DNA from: a virus | IMG/VR virus record: IMGVR_UViG_3300024983_000146 | Reading direction: 5' to 3' (one strand) | DNA length: 64,000 bases | In this document: positions 26,547-36,113 of the stretch, piece after piece | How positions within the stretch are numbered: position 1 is the stretch's first letter | How the letters are laid out: each line of letters starts with the position of its first letter | Notes under the pieces: generated by a model | Told to the model about the DNA's origin: nothing | The model's database searches: none | Seen by the model: only the letters and a program-made list of their open reading frames with translations | Position numbers and translations under genes: made by a program

Positions 26547-27194
26547 CTACTTCAACGACATACAAAATAAAATTCGGTAGATACCATATACCTCTGATGT
26601 TGGAATATCAAACGGAGCATATTTCTTCTGATCGGGATTAATTGAAATACATCTTAGGTGCCCTTCCTTTTCAGGTGCAATTAGTCTTTTTACCACTATC
26701 CCGTTGGAAGTATCCACAACATAATCTCTTCCCCATTCAACAAAAATTTCTGCGTCAATCTTTTTGACTAATGCTCGGGACCCGTTTGGATATTCCGGGG
26801 CCATACTTTCCCCGGTGATAGTAATCGCAAACTCTGCGTCTTTAATCGGGGAGACAATCCTTTCGCAGTCTCCCTCTTTAACGGAGGCGATAAAGTCGTT
26901 TAGCTTACCGGCCTGAGCGGAAATGGGTAACAGGTATATGTAGTCTTTAGAGTTATCGGCTATTGAGCAGTTAGATTTTAAGAATTCCCCCTCGCCGGTT
27001 AAAATAAAGTTGAGGTTGAGCTCCGGAAAAGCTGCCACAATTTTATTTGCCATATCTCCGCTAATCGTTTTTGTTTTTCCATTCGCCACGTCGTAAAAGG
27101 CCTGGGGCCTATCATATCCACACTTCAGCGCCAGCTTAGCAAGAGAAATTGAATAGCTGTTGGCAATTTTCTGTAATATTTCTGCAGATGTCAT
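26547..27194 (-). CDS. CI/LexA-like repressor (HTH plus S24 autopeptidase)
   Basis: N-terminal HTH, AG cleavage site (SAQAGK), GESMAP serine, VVKR lysine; divergent from a cro-like gene. Confidence 0.9.
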   Translation of the reverse strand: MTSAEILQKIANSYSISLAKLALKCGYDRPQAFYDVANGKTKTISGDMANKIVAAFPELNLNFILTGEGEFLKSNCSIADNSKDYIYLLPISAQAGKLNDFIASVKEGDCERIVSPIKDAEFAITITGESMAPEYPNGSRALVKKIDAEIFVEWGRDYVVDTSNGIVVKRLIAPEKEGHLRCISINPDQKKYAPFDIPTSEVYGIYRILFCMSLK

Positions 27195-27403
27195 TCAGAT
27201 ATATCTGTATTAATTGTAGGTTTCTTTAAAAGTTTTATCCCCAAAAGCACGAATTCTGGGTTTTGAAAGTGCACTTACGAATAAAATCGCAATCTGGCTA
27301 AAAATTATTGTCATTGATATTCAGAATGTTGCAAAGTATTTACAGGTAAATACAACAAAATCTGTATAAAATAATTGTAAATACAGAAATATCTGTATAT
27401 TTG
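27194..27403. promoter_or_regulatory. Immunity-region operators and rightward promoter
   Basis: 16-bp TACAGA-N4-TCTGTA-like boxes at 27194, 27351 and 27382; palindrome GTATTTAC-ag-GTAAATAC at 27336-27353; -7 TATATTTG at 27396-27403. Confidence 0.7.
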
Positions 27404-27501
27404 CATCGTGCTGTAAATACAACGCATAACAAATATAACAATTGCACACAAAGACACAAATCTGAATGCACAAAACATCAGAAAAATAACCTAAAAAGAG
27501 T

Positions 27502-27723
27502 ATGGATTTAATAGGGTATTACAGAAAGCTAGAAGAAAAATCAACTCCAAAACAGGAATTCCGTGAAATGATTGCAGAAGCCTGTGGAGTTGCGCCAACA
27601 ACTGTGAGCAGGTGGGTATACGGAGAGGTAATTCCGGAGAAATTGAAGAGAGAGAAAATATCCGAAGTTATCGGTATTCCGGTAGAAGAGCTATTTCCTA
27701 ACCTTCAAAATGACGAGGCATGA
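27502..27723 (+). CDS. Cro-like XRE HTH regulator
   Basis: IAEACGVAPTTVSRWVYGEVIP HTH. Confidence 0.85.
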   Translation: MDLIGYYRKLEEKSTPKQEFREMIAEACGVAPTTVSRWVYGEVIPEKLKREKISEVIGIPVEELFPNLQNDEA

Positions 27724-28295
27724 ATAAGATCGAACTACTGAACACCGAGTGCTACGGGACACCCACAGGCAAGGTTATGATTTCGTGTGAAAGCGGACTG
27801 AAGATATACGAAATGGAAGACCGCGATTTTACTGAGGCCATGCTCGAACTCATACAAAATTTCTATCCGGCAGCATTCAAGGCGCTCGGCGAGCTTTACC
27901 TCTCGAGCAAGCCTAACAGAACCTACTACGAATATCTGATCGTGCACAGGTTTATACGCTGCAACTTTAACGAATATGACAATAAGAAGGATATAGACGG
28001 CGAAGGGTCCTTCAACTTTGAATTTGTACAGTGCCCTCTTCGTGGCGAGTGCAAATTATGCGGTATAGTATGCAATCCTGCATTCAACACTAAGCTTTCT
28101 CAGCGCGAGACAGAAGTCATGCGACTTTATTTCAGATCATACCCGGCTGAAAAGATTGCAGATAAGCTGTTCATATCAATTCAAACAGTTATCAAGCACA
28201 AAAGGAACTCTCTTCAGAAGCTTGGCCTACACTCTCTAAGCGAATTTATTTCGCTTGCATCTCGCAACAAAATGTTTGACAACGATAACGACTAG
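27720..28295 (+). CDS. LuxR C-terminal HTH regulator with Cys cluster
   Basis: LSQRETEVMRL...KIADKLFISIQTVIKHKRN; CPLRGECKLCGIVC. Confidence 0.85.
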   Translation: MNKIELLNTECYGTPTGKVMISCESGLKIYEMEDRDFTEAMLELIQNFYPAAFKALGELYLSSKPNRTYYEYLIVHRFIRCNFNEYDNKKDIDGEGSFNFEFVQCPLRGECKLCGIVCNPAFNTKLSQRETEVMRLYFRSYPAEKIADKLFISIQTVIKHKRNSLQKLGLHSLSEFISLASRNKMFDNDND

Positions 28296-28299
28296 TTCT

Positions 28300-28569
28300 A
28301 TGGAAACAGCAATAATAATACCGAAGGATTCTTTTGATAAGCTAGTTGAGAAGGTCGATACTCTTGCTAAGGAGATTGCCGGTATGAAGCGAGAGGTGAG
28401 AAAAAGTGACCAACTTTTCAATATCACCGTTACAGCAAAAAAGCTAGGCATTTCAAAGCCTACTCTTCATAAATACATTAGGCTGCACCTCATTGATTAT
28501 AAGCTTGTGGGCAACACAACTTACTTCACCCAAGAGATAATTGACGAATTCATATCAAGAAAACAATAA
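28300..28569 (+). CDS. Excisionase-like HTH protein
   Basis: FNITVTAKKLGISKPTLHKYIR MerR/HTH_17 pattern. Confidence 0.7.
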   Translation: METAIIIPKDSFDKLVEKVDTLAKEIAGMKREVRKSDQLFNITVTAKKLGISKPTLHKYIRLHLIDYKLVGNTTYFTQEIIDEFISRKQ

Positions 28570-28588
28570 CCCAATAAAACAAATTGCC

Positions 28589-28843
28589 ATGTCACTATCG
28601 AACGCAAGATCAGAACTAAGAACACTGCTCGACGAGAAGATATCGAGCTACAAATTTACTCTAATCGATTACCACCTAAAAACCGAAAGGTATAGTGTGG
28701 CAATTGAGGTGAAGCTTCGCGGTGTGGTACGAACCATTCACGCATGCAATACCTCCATTTCGGAGGTTGCAAAATCATTAATTACAGATTACGACTCTCT
28801 AAAAGAGGGCGGAGACGAAACTATCAAGGTACAACTTGTATGA
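28589..28843 (+). CDS. Hypothetical protein
   Basis: Coupled early ORF. Confidence 0.55.
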   Translation: MSLSNARSELRTLLDEKISSYKFTLIDYHLKTERYSVAIEVKLRGVVRTIHACNTSISEVAKSLITDYDSLKEGGDETIKVQLV

Positions 28844-29058
28844 GCTGCATATGCAATGGGCTTCCCGGTTGCCCTTGCTGTAGCCCGGAGCCCGAGCCCG
28901 AATTACGAGAGTGCCCGGAATGTTGCGGTGACGGATATTTCTACTACGACTCCGACAACGACTTGACAGACAAACCGAGCTACGACAATTTACCGGGTGA
29001 CCAAAGGTCATTTAAGGTATGCCCCAAGTGTGAGGGCAGAGGTGAAATAGAAATATAG
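28840..29058 (+). CDS. Small Cys-rich protein (DnaJ-type CxxCxGxG zinc finger)
   Basis: CPECCGDG and CPKCEGRG; ATG overlaps the previous stop. Confidence 0.6.
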   Translation: MSCICNGLPGCPCCSPEPEPELRECPECCGDGYFYYDSDNDLTDKPSYDNLPGDQRSFKVCPKCEGRGEIEI

Positions 29059-29081
29059 AAAATCCATAAATCAATAAAACA

Positions 29082-29960
29082 ATGGAAACAAAAACAACCA
29101 ATTTTAACGTTAACGATCTGGCTCCGGAAGAAATCGCGGGCCACACACATGTAAAAGAAAAGTTTGTTCAAATTCTCATTAGTCTGCATAAAATGCAGCA
29201 GCCAGATGCAGAAAGCATTTATGAGAAGGAGCTTATTTACTTTAGAAAATTTCTTGCAGATCCAGCTCGCAAGTTAAAGGACTGCACAAAAATCTCTCTA
29301 TTCTCTTCATTCATTGAGATAGCAATTCAGAACCTCTCAATTCAAGATGGTTCCAAGTCCGAAGCATACCTCGAGAGCAGGGCTATGAATATGGGCACCG
29401 CTGAAAATAAAAAGTGGGTAAGTACTGCCCGCTTTGTAATAACAACCTACGGAGAATTAAACCTTCGTATCAGAGCAGGGCAGATAATTAGAATGAGTAA
29501 CCCGATTGTGATTTACGAAGGTGATACTTTTCAGCCTAGGACTAATGACAGGGGTATTTTATTCATCGACTACGCTCCAAAAATCCCAAGGCAAAGTACA
29601 AAAATTATTGGCGCATGGGTAGCAATACACTTACCAGGCGGAATGGTTGACTTTAAGTGGCTTTTGGAAGACGATATCGAAAGACTGATGAAGTACTCAA
29701 TACCTAAAGGTACAAACTCCGATAAGGGCCCTAACGCCTTATATAAGTCTGCCTCCGGAGGTATAGATCCAGGCTTTCTCGAAACAAAAACAATCAAGCA
29801 CGCTATGCGCGCATATACTAAACTCCGCCTCGCCGGAACAGCTGTCATAGAAAACGAGGAAATCGAGGAGGAAGAAAATTTTGCTCAGCCTGCCAATACT
29901 AAAACCGAAGAGCAAATTAGCCAGTCAGTAGTAATTAATCAAAAAGAGGAGATTTTTTAA
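29082..29960 (+). CDS. RecT/Red-beta-like annealase
   Basis: VIYEGDTF motif, C-terminal KTIKHA; position in the recombination module. Confidence 0.7.
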   Translation: METKTTNFNVNDLAPEEIAGHTHVKEKFVQILISLHKMQQPDAESIYEKELIYFRKFLADPARKLKDCTKISLFSSFIEIAIQNLSIQDGSKSEAYLESRAMNMGTAENKKWVSTARFVITTYGELNLRIRAGQIIRMSNPIVIYEGDTFQPRTNDRGILFIDYAPKIPRQSTKIIGAWVAIHLPGGMVDFKWLLEDDIERLMKYSIPKGTNSDKGPNALYKSASGGIDPGFLETKTIKHAMRAYTKLRLAGTAVIENEEIEEEENFAQPANTKTEEQISQSVVINQKEEIF

Positions 29961-29962
29961 TT

Positions 29963-31177
29963 ATGGAAGCAACAACACAACCGGGAACAGCCCTTCAGAC
30001 AGTTCCCAATATTCAAGAGATACAAATAATAATAGGCGACGCGCCTGCAACTTTGATTGCAAATACCGCAAGCCGGGACAACGCGTGCAAAGCGGGCGAG
30101 GAGCTTATTATCGCCTCAAAAAACGTTGGAATGAGCCCTGACCTTGACAATAAAATGTCCAGCTTCATAGAAAAGGCGAAAAAGACTCTTAAGGCGATAA
30201 ATGAAAAGCGCAGGCCTTTCACCCAAATGATGGATGAGCTGAAAAAGAGGTTCACCGAATGTGAAAACGACATCAAGACCAAGGTGGACGAGGTTCAGAA
30301 GGTAAGAGACTCATACGCTGCGGAGCTCATGAAAAAGAGGCAGGAGGAGGAGAGGAGGTTGGCCATAGCAGCAGCTAAGGAAAAGGAGCGCATCAGCATT
30401 GTTCAGAAGATCAAGGACGAGGTTGCACAGGCTTTTTACAACTATGTTGTAGACAAGAAAAACGGAGCGCTAAACTACTTTAACAGTATCACACTTGAGG
30501 ACTTTGAAGCTAAATCACGGAATCTTGAGGGCTCTTCGCTCTCCTTCACTCCCGCACAGTTGTCCTCTCTCAGCATTAATGTTAAGGGCGAAAATCTCGA
30601 CCAGGAGGAGGTTAACGAAATCGCCAAGTCAATACTCACAAATGATGCTCTTCACATACACTACGCCAACGAATACCGCAGTGTTATGTCCGTATTTAAA
30701 AAGGATCTGGTGGATAAGCTTCCGTCTAAAAAGCAGCAGTTGGAGGAGTTAAAAGCCGCCGCAGATAACGAGGCGGAGAGAGAGAGAATTCTCGCCGAGG
30801 AGAAAAAACGCCAGGCAGAAGAGGCAGAAAAGATTAGCGAAGAGGCCAAAGTGTCCGTAGACTCTGCGAAAGCGCAGACAGCTGCAGAGGCGGCCGAAAG
30901 CGAGGCGTCAACCTCCCTTAACAGCCTTTTCGCCACAGCCGGGACACCGGTACCTGCGGTGAAAGAATCCGTGCAGATAGTGGTAAAAAGCAAAGCTGCA
31001 TATGCACTTCTGTTTCAGTACTGGTTCGAGAGAAAAGGTAAAGATATGGACGAGGAGAGCATCGAAAACATGACCCTCAAGAGGATTAAGACCTTCTGCG
31101 AAAACTATATCAAGGAAACCGGCGAAATCATCGAGAGCTCACTTATCGAAATTAAAGAGGTTTATAAAGCGAAATAG
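29963..31177 (+). CDS. Coiled-coil recombination-module protein
   Basis: 404 aa, Glu/Lys/Ala-rich. Confidence 0.65.
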   Translation: MEATTQPGTALQTVPNIQEIQIIIGDAPATLIANTASRDNACKAGEELIIASKNVGMSPDLDNKMSSFIEKAKKTLKAINEKRRPFTQMMDELKKRFTECENDIKTKVDEVQKVRDSYAAELMKKRQEEERRLAIAAAKEKERISIVQKIKDEVAQAFYNYVVDKKNGALNYFNSITLEDFEAKSRNLEGSSLSFTPAQLSSLSINVKGENLDQEEVNEIAKSILTNDALHIHYANEYRSVMSVFKKDLVDKLPSKKQQLEELKAAADNEAERERILAEEKKRQAEEAEKISEEAKVSVDSAKAQTAAEAAESEASTSLNSLFATAGTPVPAVKESVQIVVKSKAAYALLFQYWFERKGKDMDEESIENMTLKRIKTFCENYIKETGEIIESSLIEIKEVYKAK

Positions 31178-31179
31178 AT

Positions 31180-31830
31180 ATGGCTGAGGCAGATTACTAT
31201 AAGCGTTCGGAAATTTCAAATAGCGACCTCTCCTGGCTTAAGCAGCAGCTGTGGCCAAGGGTTATGCCCGATCCAACTGAAGCGTACAAATTCGGCAGCC
31301 TTATCGATGCAATGTTAACGGAGCCGGAGAGGGTAAACTATTTCAGCTATTCTCTTGGAGACGTGAAATACAAAAAAGAGGATTTCGCCGTTGCCGAGAA
31401 AATGAAAAAGGCATTTTACGCCGATCCGGTCGCTTCACAGCTGCTTAAAGTATCTGTCGGGCAAAAAGAGATGTCTCGAATGATGCAAATGTATTATGGC
31501 GGCCTTGACTTCTCTCTTGATGTGCGTTGCAAATGGGACCTGTGGGCAGATATTTTGCGCCATGGAGGTGATATCAAAAGTACCACAGCAACAACTCAGA
31601 GCGAATTTGAGGCCGCCTGCACATACTTTGACTATGACCGGCAGCGTGCCTGGTACATGGACATTGCCAATACTGACAAAGATATCCTTATAGGAATATC
31701 TAAAAAGAATTTCAAAGTATTCAAATTATTCATAACCAAGGACAGCGACTTTTATAAGTCGGGCAAGGATAAGTATCTCGAGCTCGCTTACAGATGGTGG
31801 TTGCTGTTCGGAAATTCACGACCATGTTAG
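31180..31830 (+). CDS. PD-(D/E)XK exonuclease-like protein (DUF3799/RecE-like)
   Basis: ISNSDL, FGSLIDAML, RCKWD...DIKST...YDRQRAWY. Confidence 0.8.
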   Translation: MAEADYYKRSEISNSDLSWLKQQLWPRVMPDPTEAYKFGSLIDAMLTEPERVNYFSYSLGDVKYKKEDFAVAEKMKKAFYADPVASQLLKVSVGQKEMSRMMQMYYGGLDFSLDVRCKWDLWADILRHGGDIKSTTATTQSEFEAACTYFDYDRQRAWYMDIANTDKDILIGISKKNFKVFKLFITKDSDFYKSGKDKYLELAYRWWLLFGNSRPC

Positions 31831-32252
31831 ATCAAATAACTCCTTTCGACGCTTTGATGAGAGAAGCGAACGAAATGCAAAAATACTTAGACGAAACTAC
31901 CTCAGAACAAATAAATGATGTTCTGGAGCGCGGAGAAATGCTGGCGGGGATGCTATCCAGAAGCGGGAAGATGGTGGCAGACGCGGAATATCACCGGGAT
32001 AACTTTCAGAAAAGCGAGATTGTGGGAATTCTGAAGGATACTGTTAAGCTCTCTCTCCCGGCTCTTGTGATGAAGCAGTTGGTTGAATCTGCTTGCAAGG
32101 ACTACAATTATTTGTGCAAGAGGTGTGAGAGGATTAACCGTACCGCAGTTCATCAGCTGGACTGGTGCAGGACGGTTATTAGCAACGCTAAGAGTGAGAG
32201 GGAAGCGTCGAAGGGGTTTAATAATCAGCATAGCAAACAGCAAATATTCTGA
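31824..32252 (+). CDS. Hypothetical helical protein
   Basis: Coupled ORF. Confidence 0.6.
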   Translation: MLDQITPFDALMREANEMQKYLDETTSEQINDVLERGEMLAGMLSRSGKMVADAEYHRDNFQKSEIVGILKDTVKLSLPALVMKQLVESACKDYNYLCKRCERINRTAVHQLDWCRTVISNAKSEREASKGFNNQHSKQQIF

Positions 32253-33892
32253 TGGGAACAATTACAACACTGCCAAACGGATTCCTGGTCTCTTTCGAAT
32301 ATGACAGAGCGCTTACCTACCGCATTAAGGCAATTAAGGGCTCATCGTATGATCGGTCTGCAAAAGCTTGGCTCGTACCTGCAGACACTGGAAGTGAACT
32401 TATCGGAATGCTGGTGGCAGAAGGCTTCACCGATCTGAGCGCAATGAGCCCGGAAGAGTACGGAGAAATTCCGGAAATGCCGCAATTGACTTTCCCAATC
32501 AACCTGAAGGTTACCCCTTACGATTTTCAGAAAGAGGGCATAGCATTCTCGGTACAAAATAGGAGAACACTTATAGGCGATGAGCCGGGGCTCGGTAAAA
32601 CAATTCAGGCCATTGCGTCTGTAGTTGCCCTCAACGCCTTTCCTTGCCTGGTAATTTGCCCATCATCACTAAAAATTAACTGGAAGGAGGAGTGGGAAAA
32701 ATTTACGGACGAAAAGGCAGAGGTACTTACCGACGGGATTAAGAACACATGGCCATACTTTTATAGCGCCGGGCTGGTAAATGTTTTTATAACCAATTAC
32801 GAAAGCCTCAAGAAGTATTTTGTCAGGGATATCCGTACTCCGAAGGGTGCAAAGATGAAACTTTCCGATATCGTTTTTACAGGGAATATTGAGCACTTCA
32901 AATCAGTAATTGTGGACGAAAGCCACCGGGTAAAAGAGCCTAAAACTTTACAGTCAAAGCTTGTTAAGGGTATAGCTCACAATAAAAAGGTTATTTATCT
33001 TCTTTCCGGTACTCCCGTAGTCAACAAAGAGAAAGATCTCATTTCCCAGCTGGCCATTCTGGACAGGCTCGGAGAGTTTGGAGGGCTTAAAACCTTTAAC
33101 GATCGCTACTGTGGAGCGAAGTACTATCGTGAGCTTCATTACAAACTTCGCACGACATGTTTCTTTAGCAGAAAAAAGAGCGAAGTTCTCACCCAGCTGC
33201 CTGCAAAAGTCAGGCAAATTGTCAAGTGCAATATTACCACTCTCGAGGAGTACAAAGACGCTCTGGCCGATTTAGCTCAGTATCTCGTTCAGTATCGCAA
33301 TGCCACTGATGAGCAGGTGAAGAAGAGCCTAAAGGGCGAGGTGATGGTTCGCATAGGCGTCCTTAAAAATGTTTCCGCAAGAGGTAAGGTTGCAGACGTT
33401 GTCGACTATGTAAACGATATCGTTGAGGCCGAGGAAAAGTTAATCCTCTTCTGCCACCTTCACGAGGTCGCCAACGCTCTAAAAGAGGCCTTTCCCGACG
33501 CTTTGACCATACTTGGGAGCGACAGCTCAGCCGAAAGAGATTATGCAGTCAAATCGTTTCAAAACGACCCTTCAAAAAAGGTTATTATCTGCTCAATCAA
33601 GGCTGCCGGTGTTGGCCTTACTCTCACCGCGTCTTCACGCGTTGCCTTCATTGAGTTGCCATGGCACCCTGCAGATTGTATTCAGTGTGAGGATAGAGCT
33701 CACAGAATTGGGCAGGTTGACTCGGTACAGTGCACATACTTCCTCGGTAAGGATACGATTGACGAGTGGATATACAGCGTCATTCAAGAAAAGTGGAAGA
33801 TAAGCGAGGCCATAACCGGCAATACCGACGATACCGAGATTTCGGTTATGGACTCAATAATTGAATTAATGCAAACAAATATAAATCTATGA
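32252..33892 (+). CDS. SNF2-family helicase with HARP-like N-terminus
   Basis: DEPGLGKT, DESH, LSGTP, GVGLTLT and QCEDRAHRIGQ motifs. Confidence 0.92.
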   Translation: MGTITTLPNGFLVSFEYDRALTYRIKAIKGSSYDRSAKAWLVPADTGSELIGMLVAEGFTDLSAMSPEEYGEIPEMPQLTFPINLKVTPYDFQKEGIAFSVQNRRTLIGDEPGLGKTIQAIASVVALNAFPCLVICPSSLKINWKEEWEKFTDEKAEVLTDGIKNTWPYFYSAGLVNVFITNYESLKKYFVRDIRTPKGAKMKLSDIVFTGNIEHFKSVIVDESHRVKEPKTLQSKLVKGIAHNKKVIYLLSGTPVVNKEKDLISQLAILDRLGEFGGLKTFNDRYCGAKYYRELHYKLRTTCFFSRKKSEVLTQLPAKVRQIVKCNITTLEEYKDALADLAQYLVQYRNATDEQVKKSLKGEVMVRIGVLKNVSARGKVADVVDYVNDIVEAEEKLILFCHLHEVANALKEAFPDALTILGSDSSAERDYAVKSFQNDPSKKVIICSIKAAGVGLTLTASSRVAFIELPWHPADCIQCEDRAHRIGQVDSVQCTYFLGKDTIDEWIYSVIQEKWKISEAITGNTDDTEISVMDSIIELMQTNINL

Positions 33893-34185
33893 CTATGGAC
33901 TACTTAAATCAATCAATTTGTCTCTCTGATATACCGAAGGAGTCAATCAGGCTGGACGAAAAGACCGGGAAAAAGTACCTGGCCATTACTGCCGGGCTTA
34001 TGAAGCAGCCGGATAAGAATGGTAACACTTACTCGGTTTATGTTTCCCAGCGAAAAGGGGAGAGGAAGGAGGACAGGGTTTACCTCGGAAAAGGGAGATC
34101 CTTTTCGTTCAGCGAAAAAACGCCTTCGCCGGAAAGTGTTGGCGACATGCCTCAGGCAGAATATGCAGACGACTTACCATTCTAA
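33889..34185 (+). CDS. Small protein, possible SSB
   Basis: Beta-rich with acidic DDLPF tail. Confidence 0.55.
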   Translation: MTMDYLNQSICLSDIPKESIRLDEKTGKKYLAITAGLMKQPDKNGNTYSVYVSQRKGERKEDRVYLGKGRSFSFSEKTPSPESVGDMPQAEYADDLPF

Positions 34186-34196
34186 TTAGATAAATC

Positions 34197-34904
34197 ATGG
34201 CTAAAGACCCGGCAATTCTTTTTTACCCAAACGACTACATAGGCGGCACAATGGGGATGTCCTTTGAAGAAAAAGGGGCATATATGGAGCTGCTTATGGT
34301 GCAGTTTAACAGAGGTCATATGACCTCCCATATGATAGCTCAAGCCGTTGGTCAACATTGGGTCAACATTCAGCACAAGTTCGTTCAAGATAAGGATGGC
34401 TTATGGTATAATTTGCGCCTTGAGAAAGAAATTTTGCGGCGGAAAAACTTCACGGAAAGCAGGCGTAATAACCTTTCCGGTAAAAATCAATATACAAAAA
34501 ACGATAAGATAGAGAGTGCTCATTTGGGAGGTCATGTGACCTCACATATGGAAAATGAAAATATAAATGAAAATATAAGTAGAGATGAAGGGGGTACGGG
34601 GGAAACAGAAGAGGCTCCTAAAATCGAAATGGAGGTTCCAAAAATTGAAATAAGGGAATCAAAATTTATACAAGAGTGCGAGTCATTCATACCACAATAC
34701 GGAGAGGCCACAATCAAAGATTTTATTCGCTATTGGACAGAAAAAAATAAGTCCAAAACAAAAATGAGGTTTGAGAGAGAGGCAACTTGGGAAACTCCAA
34801 GAAGATTAATCACCTGGTCAAATAACGAAAAAACATTTAACGGCAATGGACAAAGAACTATTCAAACAGGCGTTAGCGGAAGAACCGGCCAGTCCACGAT
34901 TTAA
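34197..34904 (+). CDS. Replication initiator (DUF1376/YdaU-like N-terminus)
   Basis: AILFYPNDYIGGT...EEKGAYMELL; ENENINENI linker; precedes a loader ATPase. Confidence 0.75.
   Translation: MAKDPAILFYPNDYIGGTMGMSFEEKGAYMELLMVQFNRGHMTSHMIAQAVGQHWVNIQHKFVQDKDGLWYNLRLEKEILRRKNFTESRRNNLSGKNQYTKNDKIESAHLGGHVTSHMENENINENISRDEGGTGETEEAPKIEMEVPKIEIRESKFIQECESFIPQYGEATIKDFIRYWTEKNKSKTKMRFEREATWETPRRLITWSNNEKTFNGNGQRTIQTGVSGRTGQSTI
34312..34550. repeat. Palindromic iteron-like repeats (candidate origin)
   Basis: GAGGTCATATGACCTCCCATATG at 34312 and GAGGTCATGTGACCTCACATATG at 34528; tandem GGTCAACATT near 34350-34370. Confidence 0.6.
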
Positions 34905-35448
34905 GTTGCCCGGCAACGTAGCTGAGCAGCTTGAAGAGTGCTACAAAATTGTAGTCAAGAGGAGAGAAATTCCTTATAGCGGTGACGCAAATACGCTAGG
35001 AGTTATCAATAAAGTCTCAAAGTGGCTCACTGGAGATTATAAACGCTGCTTGCTATTGTACGGAAGCGTAGGGAGTGGAAAGACAACAATGGCGGAGTCT
35101 ATTTGCAAGCTCCTAGGGTTCTACGGGTACACGATCCTAAGCACATCTGCTCTGGATTTGAGCAGAACGGCGAGAGAGGACACCGAGAAGTTCAGTTACA
35201 TAATGAACGCAAAAATGCTTTGTATTGACGATATGGGGATAGAGCCAATAACCGTGAAACATTACGGAAGCGAGATAAGCCCATTTGTAGAGGTGATTTA
35301 TCACCGGTATAAGAAAAAGCTCTTCACAGTTGTGACAAGCAACCTGGTTGACGAAGATATAAAAGATGTTTACGGGGAAAGGGTGGCAGACAGGTTTAAA
35401 GAGATGTTCGATAAAATTTATTACACACACAAAAGTTATAGGAGGTAA
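34846..35448 (+). CDS. DnaC/IstB-like ATPase (helicase loader)
   Basis: GSVGSGKTT, LCIDDMG, VTSNL, RFKEM. Confidence 0.85.
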   Translation: MDKELFKQALAEEPASPRFKLPGNVAEQLEECYKIVVKRREIPYSGDANTLGVINKVSKWLTGDYKRCLLLYGSVGSGKTTMAESICKLLGFYGYTILSTSALDLSRTAREDTEKFSYIMNAKMLCIDDMGIEPITVKHYGSEISPFVEVIYHRYKKKLFTVVTSNLVDEDIKDVYGERVADRFKEMFDKIYYTHKSYRR

Positions 35449-35452
35449 AATC

Positions 35453-35677
35453 ATGAACACTGAAAAAGTTGAAAAACAATCTCAGAACGATGCTATAGCA
35501 AAGTTCCTGCTCGAAGGAAACAAAATTACTCCGATGGATGCGCTAAGAAAATTTGGCTGCTTCCGCCTTGGAGCTCGTGTCCACGACTTGAGACACAAGA
35601 GAGGCCTTAATATCAAGTCCGAATATGTAAAAGAGGGCCGTAAAAGATATGCCAGCTATGAACTGGCAGTAGTGTAA
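35453..35677 (+). CDS. Winged-helix DNA-binding protein
   Basis: ITPMDALRKFGCFRLGARVHDLR. Confidence 0.75.
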   Translation: MNTEKVEKQSQNDAIAKFLLEGNKITPMDALRKFGCFRLGARVHDLRHKRGLNIKSEYVKEGRKRYASYELAVV

Positions 35678-35709
35678 AAAACAAATATTAAGTAAAACAA
35701 TAGAACAAA

Positions 35710-36111
35710 ATGGAAGCAACAGATACATTTAAAAACGCCATAAGGGCATACCTGGACAGCAGAGCAGTCAACGACGAGTTATTCGCGGCAACCTACGCAA
35801 AAGAGGGCAAGAACATAGACGATTGTGTCACCTACATACTGAACACCGTTCAAAAGAGTGGCTGCAATGGCTTTGCAGATGAAGAGATCTTCGGCATGGC
35901 CGTGCATTACTACGACGAAGACAAGATTGAGGTCGGCAAGCCTATCACCGGCAAAGTGGTAGTCAATCATTCTGTCGAGATCACGGAAGAAGACATTGCA
36001 ACTGCCAGGCAAAAGGCCCTTGACGAGCTGGTTGCCGAGCAAAAGAAGAAGATTGCAGCCAAGCCAAAAGCCACTGCCAAGCCTGAAGTACAACAAGCAA
36101 GCCTGTTTTAG
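35710..36111 (+). CDS. PcfK-like / AcrIIA9-family protein
   Basis: AYLDSRAVNDELFA...KNIDDCVTYILN...MAVHYYDED. Confidence 0.8.
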   Translation: MEATDTFKNAIRAYLDSRAVNDELFAATYAKEGKNIDDCVTYILNTVQKSGCNGFADEEIFGMAVHYYDEDKIEVGKPITGKVVVNHSVEITEEDIATARQKALDELVAEQKKKIAAKPKATAKPEVQQASLF

Positions 36112-36113
36112 TC

